From the NCBI GenBank assembly GCA_038061925.1, contig JBBTYD010000002.1:352-64351 (forward strand): DNA of 64,000 bases. The letters run 5' to 3'. Numbering within the stretch: position 1 is the stretch's first letter; each line of letters starts with the position of its first letter. The notes beneath the pieces were generated by a model. The model had not been told where the DNA came from. It did not search any database and saw only the letters and a program-made list of their open reading frames with translations. Both the position numbers and the translations under genes were made by a program. The stretch comes from Patescibacteria group bacterium (GTDB taxonomy: Bacteria; Patescibacteriota; Minisyncoccia; Phycocordibacterales; UBA9973). Below, one piece after another: positions 57,005 through 64,000 of the stretch.

Positions 57005-59047
57005 ATGAATCAATTTTTATTGTTTGCAATTGTTAGTTCGGTGGTGGCTATTGCTTATGGTTTATTTTTAGCTAAGTCAATATTAAAAAAGAGCCCTGGA
57101 AATACTCGGATGCAAGAAATTGCCAAAGCGATTCAAGAAGGCGCGGAAGCCTATCTAAACAAACAATATAGAACCATTGGCATTATCGCTATAATACTTT
57201 TCTTCGTCATAGGTTTTATCCAAAAACTTGGTTGGGTAATGGCTTTCGGATTTTTGGTTGGAGCCATTTTTTCCGCTCTGGCGGGATATATCGGTATGAA
57301 TGTGTCAGTCAGAGCAAACGTCAGAACAACCGAAGCCGCCAGGGGCGGAATCAATGATGCGCTTTCTTTGGCATTCAAAGGCGGAACAGTGACCGGACTT
57401 TTAGTGGTTGGACTGGCGCTCCTCGGGGTAACTCTCTTTTATGCGATCACGAAAGACGTGACCGCGCTGATTGGACTTGGATTTGGCGCTTCCCTTATTT
57501 CCGTTTTCGCAAGATTGGGTGGAGGAATTTTTACAAAAGCGGCAGATGTCGGCGCAGACCTGGTTGGCAAGCTTGAGGCCGGAATCCCGGAAGACGACCC
57601 AAGAAATCCTGGAGTGATCGCAGACAATGTAGGTGATAATGTCGGAGACTGCGCTGGCATGGCCGCTGATCTGTTTGAGACCTATGCTGTTACTTTGGTC
57701 GCCACAATGCTTTTAGGCTCACTTCTTTTTGTAGGATTTAAAAATGCGATTGTTTTTCCGCTGGTTATCGGTGGAGTGGCAATATTCGCGTCAATTATTG
57801 GCACTTGGTTTGTGCGTTTAGGCCCAAAAGGTCAATCTAAAAACCCCGCCAAGGACGGGATAAACATAATGGGCGCTTTATATAAGGGTCTTATTGCTTC
57901 TGGTGTTATCGCGGCTATTCTATTCTATCCTGTCACTAAATTATTGATGGAAGGCAACGGCAAGTATACCGTAATAGATTTATTCATCTGCTCTCTCGTG
58001 GGTCTTTTTGTCACTGGAGCTCTGGTCGTCATCACGGAATACTTTACTTCTACAAAATACTATCCGGTAAAATCAATAGCCGAAGCGTCAGTTTCTGGCC
58101 ATGGCACAAATGTCATTCAAGGTTTAGCTATTTCAATGAAATCTACCGCTTTACCTTTAATCACAATCGTTCTCGGAATATTAATCAGCTACTACTATGG
58201 CGGACTTTATGGAATCGCTGTCGCCGCAATGTCTATGCTCTCAATGACGGGAATTATTGTGGCCATAGACGCATATGGTCCGATTACAGATAATGCGGGA
58301 GGGATTGCCGAAATGGCAGAATTGCCCAAAGAAGTCCGCGATGTGACTGATCCGTTAGACGCCGTGGGAAATACCACCAAAGCTGTTACAAAAGGTTACG
58401 CCATTGGTTCGGCTGGACTTGCCTCTCTGGTTCTGTTTGCTTCTTATACGGAAGAAATCGTAAAAGCTGGTAAAAGTATAACCTTTGATTTAAGCAATCC
58501 GTACGTAATTGTCGGTCTTTTTCTCGGAGGACTTCTGCCTTATTATTTCGGCGCGCTTTGTCTGGAGGCGGTCGGAAAGACGGCGGGCAAGGTGGTTGAA
58601 GAAATTAGAAGACAGTTTAGGGAAATAAAAGGAATTATGGAAGGCAGAGCAAAACCAGATTATGCCAAAGCCGTATCAATTATTACGGGCGCGGCCATAA
58701 AACAAATGATCTTGCCAGCTCTAATACCAGTACTGGCGCCAATTCTAGTAATTTTGATTTTTGGCAAAGAAAATGGATTGGTAGTTTTGGGAGGACTCCT
58801 CGTCGGTTCCATTATTACTGGACTTTTTGTCGCTATTTCAATGACTTCCGGCGGGGGCGCATGGGATAATGCCAAGAAACATATAGAACAAGGCAACCAT
58901 GGCGGAAAAGGAAGTGAGGCTCATAAAGCCGCGGTGACTGGCGATACGGTCGGCGACCCCTATAAAGACACCGCCGGTCCGGCGATCAACCCGATGATAA
59001 AAATCTTAAATATCGTTGCGTTGCTTTTGGTGGCTTTCTTGATATAA
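57005..59047 (+). CDS. hppA: Membrane-bound proton/sodium-translocating pyrophosphatase
   Basis: 680 aa. [39 protein letters not shown] and a C-terminal ...[19 protein letters not shown] are hallmark H+-PPase motifs. Confidence 0.95.
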   Translation: MNQFLLFAIVSSVVAIAYGLFLAKSILKKSPGNTRMQEIAKAIQEGAEAYLNKQYRTIGIIAIILFFVIGFIQKLGWVMAFGFLVGAIFSALAGYIGMNVSVRANVRTTEAARGGINDALSLAFKGGTVTGLLVVGLALLGVTLFYAITKDVTALIGLGFGASLISVFARLGGGIFTKAADVGADLVGKLEAGIPEDDPRNPGVIADNVGDNVGDCAGMAADLFETYAVTLVATMLLGSLLFVGFKNAIVFPLVIGGVAIFASIIGTWFVRLGPKGQSKNPAKDGINIMGALYKGLIASGVIAAILFYPVTKLLMEGNGKYTVIDLFICSLVGLFVTGALVVITEYFTSTKYYPVKSIAEASVSGHGTNVIQGLAISMKSTALPLITIVLGILISYYYGGLYGIAVAAMSMLSMTGIIVAIDAYGPITDNAGGIAEMAELPKEVRDVTDPLDAVGNTTKAVTKGYAIGSAGLASLVLFASYTEEIVKAGKSITFDLSNPYVIVGLFLGGLLPYYFGALCLEAVGKTAGKVVEEIRRQFREIKGIMEGRAKPDYAKAVSIITGAAIKQMILPALIPVLAPILVILIFGKENGLVVLGGLLVGSIITGLFVAISMTSGGGAWDNAKKHIEQGNHGGKGSEAHKAAVTGDTVGDPYKDTAGPAINPMIKILNIVALLLVAFLI

Positions 59048-59089
59048 TAGGATGGGTTTTATTAACAATCTAATATCTAGAAAATATCT

Positions 59090-59776
59090 ATGAAAAAATA
59101 TTTAGGTTTATCGACTATTTTGTTTATTGTCTTGGCAATGGCATTTGTTATAAACATTAATGCGACAAGAGCAGAAGATAATGCATCTTCTAATATTTCA
59201 ACAGGCACAAAAATTAAAACTCAGGCTGATTTAAAAAAAACAATAGAAATTTCTGAAAGAGAAAAAGTTAAAAAACAAATAGAAGTTGCTCGAGAAGAAG
59301 CAAAGCAAAAAATGGAAATCTTGAAAGAAAAAATCAAAGAAGAAAAAAACACAGCTAAAGCAAAAATAAAAGAGACAAGGATCACTGGACGAGAAAACGC
59401 GCTTAAGAGATTTGATGTAGCGGTAGAAAGAATAACTGGTCTAAAAGATAAGATAGTCGCAAGAATATCTGCTCTTGAACTGAAAGAAATAGACGTTACT
59501 AGCGCAGAAAGTTTTATAGCAACAGTTGAAACAAAATTAAATGCGACTAAAGCGAAAATTATAGAAGCTAATGTCTTACTTGCTACTTCAATTAACGAAC
59601 TTACTCTAGAAAACAAAACAAAACTAAGAACATTGACACAGGAAATACAAACATTACTTAGAGAAACTCATGATGCATTGAAGGATTCAGTGAAAGCGCT
59701 GAGAGAGGCAATCAAAGTAAAAATGGAGGCTAAAACTAAAGTTGAAACTTCTCCAACAACAGAAACTAATCAATAA
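59090..59776 (+). CDS. Hypothetical secreted coiled-coil protein (Lys/Glu-rich)
   Basis: 228 aa with a signal peptide, followed by heptad-like K/E-rich sequence. Confidence 0.45.
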   Translation: MKKYLGLSTILFIVLAMAFVININATRAEDNASSNISTGTKIKTQADLKKTIEISEREKVKKQIEVAREEAKQKMEILKEKIKEEKNTAKAKIKETRITGRENALKRFDVAVERITGLKDKIVARISALELKEIDVTSAESFIATVETKLNATKAKIIEANVLLATSINELTLENKTKLRTLTQEIQTLLRETHDALKDSVKALREAIKVKMEAKTKVETSPTTETNQ

Positions 59777-59805
59777 ATATTTTATAACTTTTAACTAAAC
59801 ATATT

Positions 59806-60039
59806 ATGGAACCAGAAAAAAAATCAAATGGAGCGCTTGTTGGATTAGTAGTCATAATTATCATCCTTGTTCTTGGTGGAGTATATATATGGCAGTCAAA
59901 TAAAAATACTCTAGAAAAAAATCCTGCAAATTCTGAAACTGTTACCAATCAAGATTCCACTGACCTCAATACGTTGGATCAAGATCTTAATACCATAGAC
60001 ATTGATGTTGGCGCAAATGTCATAAACAGTGTTGAATAA
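59806..60039 (+). CDS. Small membrane protein, hypothetical
   Basis: 77 aa with one TM helix (LVGLVVIIIILVLGGVYIW), followed by a terminator at 60061..60098. Confidence 0.4.
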   Translation: MEPEKKSNGALVGLVVIIIILVLGGVYIWQSNKNTLEKNPANSETVTNQDSTDLNTLDQDLNTIDIDVGANVINSVE

Positions 60040-60060
60040 GAAAACTAAAACAAGAGAAAA

Positions 60061-60098
60061 AATACCATGCCAGCTCAGGTCGGTGTGGTATTTTTTTT
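60061..60098 (+). terminator. Rho-independent terminator
   Basis: ATACCATGCCagctcaggtcGGTGTGGTATTTTTTTT. Confidence 0.55.
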
Positions 60099-60131
60099 GA
60101 CAAAACATTTTAATATATATAAGATAACCAA

Positions 60132-61217
60132 ATGTTAAAAATAAAAATCACTAAACTGCCAAAAAGCGAGGTGGAAATAGAAGGAGAATTGGAAACGGAG
60201 ATATTTGAAAGTTATTTCGAAGTGGCGCTGAAAAAGCTTGGTGGAAATCTTAAATTAGACGGATTTAGAAAAGGCAAAATACCAGAAAGTGTTCTCCTTT
60301 CTAAAGTTCCGGAAATTCACATTTTGGAAGAAATGGCGGAGCTGGCGCTCGCGGAACACTATCCTAAAATAATCCAAGGAGAATTTTCGCCTGAAAAAAT
60401 TGATGCGATAGGGAGACCCGAAATTTCTATCACCAAATTGGCTCGAAAAAATCCTCTGGGATTCAAAATAAAGACGGCGGTCTTGCCAGAAATAAAACTC
60501 CCCGATTATAAAAATATCGCGAGAGAAATAATATCAAAGATTACGGACGCAGAGAAAAATATTGTCGTGACGGCTGAAGATTTGGAAAACACCATTATGG
60601 ATATTAGAAAATCTCGCGCGCCTAAAAAGCATGTTGCTGAAACCCCGAATTTAAAGGACGGTCCCTTAGAGAGCCCCCCAAAAGACCGTCCTTTGGAGGA
60701 ATTGCCAGAATTTAATGACGAATTTGTGCAAGCGCTTGGACCATTTTCTAATGTGGAGGATTTTAAAATAAAATTAAAAGAAAATATAAAGTTGGAGAAA
60801 GAAAATCAAGCCAAAGAAAAAACAAGGTTAAAAATTATTGAGAAAATCATAGAAGATAGTGTCATGGATATGCCAAATATTTTAATTGAAGTTGAATTGG
60901 ACAAAATTTTATACAGAATGGAGTCCGACATTACCCAAATGGGGCTTAAATTTGAAGATTATTTAAAACATCTAAACAAAACAAAAGAGAATCTGAGAAG
61001 TGAATTCAGAAATGACGGGGAGAAAAAGGCTAAATTGGCTCTAATCTTGAATGAAATAGCAAAAGTTGAAAAGATAGTGGCCGAGGAAGAACAGATTGGA
61101 AAAAAAATTGCGGCCATCTTAGAGCACTATAAAGACGCAGACAAAGAGCGCGCCAGAATGCATGCCGAGAATATTCTCACGAACGAAAAAATATTCCAGT
61201 TTTTGGAAAGCTATTGA
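60132..61217 (+). CDS. tig: Trigger factor lacking the PPIase domain
   Basis: 361 aa. N-terminal ribosome-binding domain with the signature GFRKGKIP, followed directly by the C-terminal chaperone arm. No FKBP-like middle domain. Confidence 0.75.
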   Translation: MLKIKITKLPKSEVEIEGELETEIFESYFEVALKKLGGNLKLDGFRKGKIPESVLLSKVPEIHILEEMAELALAEHYPKIIQGEFSPEKIDAIGRPEISITKLARKNPLGFKIKTAVLPEIKLPDYKNIAREIISKITDAEKNIVVTAEDLENTIMDIRKSRAPKKHVAETPNLKDGPLESPPKDRPLEELPEFNDEFVQALGPFSNVEDFKIKLKENIKLEKENQAKEKTRLKIIEKIIEDSVMDMPNILIEVELDKILYRMESDITQMGLKFEDYLKHLNKTKENLRSEFRNDGEKKAKLALILNEIAKVEKIVAEEEQIGKKIAAILEHYKDADKERARMHAENILTNEKIFQFLESY

Positions 61218-61269
61218 GTCATTACATATCTTTGAATTACAAAACACCACAAAGCCATTTTCCCACTGT

Positions 61270-61316
61270 GAATTACGAAACTCCGCTTTTCAATTAAATT
61301 AGGAGTTTCGTAATTC
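61270..61316. terminator. 15-bp inverted repeat (bidirectional terminator between convergent genes)
   Basis: GAATTACGAAACTCCgcttttcaattaaattaGGAGTTTCGTAATTC. Confidence 0.6.
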
Positions 61317-61345
61317 AAGGTTTAAGAGAAATAATACGACTCTAT

Positions 61346-63871
61346 TTATATTTCATTTCCACTTTCAGAGCCTGAGGATGGAATTTCTATCTGAGGTTCG
61401 GGAATATTTGGGATTTCATTCTCGTTAGAAGAGTCTGATGATGGAATACTGTTTCCTGATCTAATTGCAGAACTAGGTGCTGGGATATCTGGAAATTCAT
61501 TTCCGTTCTCAGAACCTGATGATGGCACATATGGTGGAGGCGCTATTATTTCAAAGGTGTCTCCCCACTCTGCCTCTGCAGAATCTTTTCCAGCAAAATC
61601 TCGGGCGATTACTTTGATTTTGAATCCTTTTCCAAGAAGATTTCCAGGAATATTCCAAGCGTAAGTTCGGGTACCAGTGAGAAGCCCATAGTCAAAACCA
61701 ATGAGATGCCAAGTGGAATCATGAGGGTCAAAGTAATAGAAGGAAGCGCTTTCAATAATTCCATTGCCATTTAATCCGATATCGTCGTTGACGCTGTACT
61801 GGATCAACTTTGTTGAATTGTTTAGCATTATCTTGTCAGATTCTCCGACAATAAAGACGTTGGTAACGATCGGATCTTGTGTATCTGGTTTCAGATTAGT
61901 ATAGACATCCACCAGAGAGAGCGCATTATTGGAAGTTTCGTATTTTTTTACATAATTCTCATAACGGAAATTAGATACTCGAGCATAACCCGATCCCCAA
62001 GGAACATTATTTTGAGTGTAATCGCCATTCTCTAGAGAGGTGGCGGTCGTGGATGCAGTCACGCCTAAAACATCTACCCCAGCAATCGCTCCGCCTAAAG
62101 ATTTTACTTTTCCAGATACGGAACCGGCAATATAGTCGCTTGGATTGGAACTTGCTTTTACTTGTACAGGGGTTGAATAAAAATAAACAAGTCCATTTTG
62201 CGACAATGTCCCTAGTGTTATTTCATACAGTTGGTCCTGTTGAAATCCTTGAAGAGTAGTGTCCGATCTCGTAGGTGAAATGACATCATAATATGACCAT
62301 GCGGTTATTCCCATCTTCCTATACATAAGGCGTACATTTATCAAATTCGGGTCAGTCTTGACTGGCCAACGCCATGTGATCGCAGGCAAACCTGTGCTTG
62401 AAACACTTTTATACGCAACAAAGTACATCGGAAGCGCAGAACGGTTGGTGGAATCTGGAGCGTATGAGAGCGTTTCTTCATAAAGCGAGCCGGGATGAAT
62501 AACACTGTTTGTGCCTTCGACGAAAACTTTGAATAAAACATTACCTAGGTAATTTCTGGTGTTAGATATTTCCACAGTAAGATTTATGGTCGAACCAGCA
62601 TTCACGACAATGCCATAGGTTCTAAAATCAAAAGAATCAGTATGGTAACCGTCTGCAATAATGTGAAGTAGGCCAGTATCAACAGCCGTATTGCCAGTAT
62701 TAGTCATTACAATATTGAACTCCGTTGCAATCCCAGTTTGGAGCGTCACTAAAGGCGCAATATCAGTGATGACAAGTTTTCCTGAATCTGTAGAAATAGA
62801 TAACGCCTTCAATACTTTTGCAGTCGTATAGAGATCGTTTTCAAAACTACCGTTGCTTGCCTGATGACCTTCAAAATAATCCACAGTTTCGAGTTGGTGG
62901 ACTGGGATTCCCCCGGCTGTCTTTATGACATGATATGCCAACGCAGTATTCAATATATTATCTCCCCATGTGCCGTTTGTTTTCTGTGTGCTTGTCAAGG
63001 ATGAAACTGCAGGGAGAAGGGTGTCATCCACCTTTGTAGCGCCGAGTGTTCGATGCTTCCAGAGGAGTAGGGCTTCGATGACTTCACTTGAGACCGGAAT
63101 GGAGCTCACTCCGCCCGGAAATACGCTCCAGCCGTTATCAAAGCGTTTGGTGTTAATGAGATATTTTAGCGCAAGAGATTGAGTAGCGTTTGGTTCGTCG
63201 CCTGGATTTTCGTAGCCAGCAGCAAAGAGCGCTTGGATTACCCGAGCCGTCGTAAGAGGATCAACTTTATAATTACCATCAAAAGGAAACCCACCGAGAA
63301 CAGTGTCTTGGTCATATACCAAAATTTCAGCGGTGCTTGCTGGCTCACCCGCAGAAATTATGACCTTCAGTTTCTGCGCCATATAATCATTATTATCCGC
63401 AAAATAAGCGCTAATCCATTCAATGCCTTTATCTGTCGCAGTGTTCGTTATGCCTTGTGCATGAAACGCTTCAAGCACTGCGACTGTTGTAATGAATTTG
63501 GTAGAATTATTTGTTCCCCACGATCCATCTGCATTTTGTTTCGTGGCAAGATAAGCAATTGCTTTTTCACTGACCAAGACACCGACACCACTTTTTTGAA
63601 TTGCTGAAACTTTTCTCGTTTTGTTTTTGGTGTCTATCGTTTTTATATTAATAATTTTAACAGTTGGCTCGACGCCGGTAAGAACAGCAGGATCAAGTGT
63701 TTTCGTGTTCGAGACATTTATCATAGTGTCTTGTGGCTGCACCAAGTCCTGCGTATCTAGCTCAAGATAATCTTTTGGCAATATTATTCCTTGGTCAATT
63801 AGACTTTTTGCTATGGAAAATTTTAGACCATCATCCAGATATTTTTTCGGTTCAGTCTTTATCCACGGCAA
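61346..63871 (-). CDS. Large secreted surface protein with prenyltransferase/terpene-cyclase-like alpha-toroid repeats and a C-terminal low-complexity tandem-repeat tail
   Basis: At least 841 aa. (A)DGSWG-type repeats (ADGSWGTNNSTKFITTVAVLEAFHAQG; NGTWGDNILNTALAYHV). C-terminal repeats SSGSE(S/N)GNE(I/F)P(N/D)IP. The start codon is uncertain (the ORF track begins at a TTG-encoded Met). Confidence 0.55.
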   Translation of the reverse strand: MPWIKTEPKKYLDDGLKFSIAKSLIDQGIILPKDYLELDTQDLVQPQDTMINVSNTKTLDPAVLTGVEPTVKIINIKTIDTKNKTRKVSAIQKSGVGVLVSEKAIAYLATKQNADGSWGTNNSTKFITTVAVLEAFHAQGITNTATDKGIEWISAYFADNNDYMAQKLKVIISAGEPASTAEILVYDQDTVLGGFPFDGNYKVDPLTTARVIQALFAAGYENPGDEPNATQSLALKYLINTKRFDNGWSVFPGGVSSIPVSSEVIEALLLWKHRTLGATKVDDTLLPAVSSLTSTQKTNGTWGDNILNTALAYHVIKTAGGIPVHQLETVDYFEGHQASNGSFENDLYTTAKVLKALSISTDSGKLVITDIAPLVTLQTGIATEFNIVMTNTGNTAVDTGLLHIIADGYHTDSFDFRTYGIVVNAGSTINLTVEISNTRNYLGNVLFKVFVEGTNSVIHPGSLYEETLSYAPDSTNRSALPMYFVAYKSVSSTGLPAITWRWPVKTDPNLINVRLMYRKMGITAWSYYDVISPTRSDTTLQGFQQDQLYEITLGTLSQNGLVYFYSTPVQVKASSNPSDYIAGSVSGKVKSLGGAIAGVDVLGVTASTTATSLENGDYTQNNVPWGSGYARVSNFRYENYVKKYETSNNALSLVDVYTNLKPDTQDPIVTNVFIVGESDKIMLNNSTKLIQYSVNDDIGLNGNGIIESASFYYFDPHDSTWHLIGFDYGLLTGTRTYAWNIPGNLLGKGFKIKVIARDFAGKDSAEAEWGDTFEIIAPPPYVPSSGSENGNEFPDIPAPSSAIRSGNSIPSSDSSNENEIPNIPEPQIEIPSSGSESGNEI
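61350..61560. repeat. Tandem ~36-nt repeats encoding the C-terminal SSGSENGNE-type tail of CDS 61346..63871
   Basis: Repeated units ...AGAACCTGATGATGG... / ...AGAGTCTGATGATGG... / ...AGAGCCTGAGGATGG... Confidence 0.7.
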
Positions 63872-64000
63872 TATGAATCTTTTTTGGCCGATTGCTGTTT
63901 TTTCATCTCGGTATAACTTTATAATTTCTTTGATGTTGTCGGAAATAGCGAGCGTGTTTAGCGCTTCTTCAGAATTTAGAGCGACACTTTTGCCATTTAG

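Noticed and set aside
1-64000. CRISPR array, cas genes, integrase, transposase or phage genes
   Set aside because: No regularly spaced direct repeats with unique spacers were found. The only Cas-like signal is the Cas2/VapD-like core in two small wHTH proteins with no array. No integrase, transposase or phage structural gene signatures were seen in any ORF translation.

Overview
The window is a low-GC, gene-dense bacterial fragment whose content looks like a Candidate Phyla Radiation (Patescibacteria-type) genome; that assignment is inference. It is mostly minus-strand housekeeping genes broken up by blocks of hypothetical secreted or surface proteins. Genes recognised directly from the supplied translations: 5' end of a 23S rRNA (minus strand, apparently not linked to a 16S), rplL, rplJ, ftsK, recA, efp, rpsF-ssb-rpsR, tatD, metG, AI-2E family transporter, M16 peptidase, NUDIX hydrolase, glyQS, recO, ileS, argS, dut, tmk, glyA, Fe/Mn superoxide dismutase, a ComEC membrane part with an in-frame TGA plus a separate MBL-fold protein, rnhA, recJ, HIT protein, pgk, tpiA, a type IV pilus block (pilB, pilC, three or four pilins), a secreted HExxH protein, nusA, a membrane H+/Na+-pyrophosphatase, and a trigger factor lacking the PPIase domain. 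Also present are a HicB-like antitoxin with no recognisable HicA, and very large Gly/Thr-rich or Ig-like repeat surface proteins with peptidoglycan-binding domains. The most unusual observations: (1) two paralogous small proteins (winged helix plus a Cas2/VapD-like core), each immediately downstream of an aminoacyl-tRNA synthetase gene and next to a nucleotide-phosphate hydrolase (NUDIX; 2H phosphoesterase), with shared palindromic upstream motifs. (2) An isoleucyl-tRNA synthetase carrying a complete histidine-phosphatase (PGAM-like) domain inserted in its zinc-knuckle loop. (3) A family of palindromic intergenic elements with an invariant 28-nt core in every spacer of the ftsK-orf-recA block. 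(4) Several other repeated hairpin families, some showing covariation. No CRISPR array, tRNA or obvious transposase was seen.
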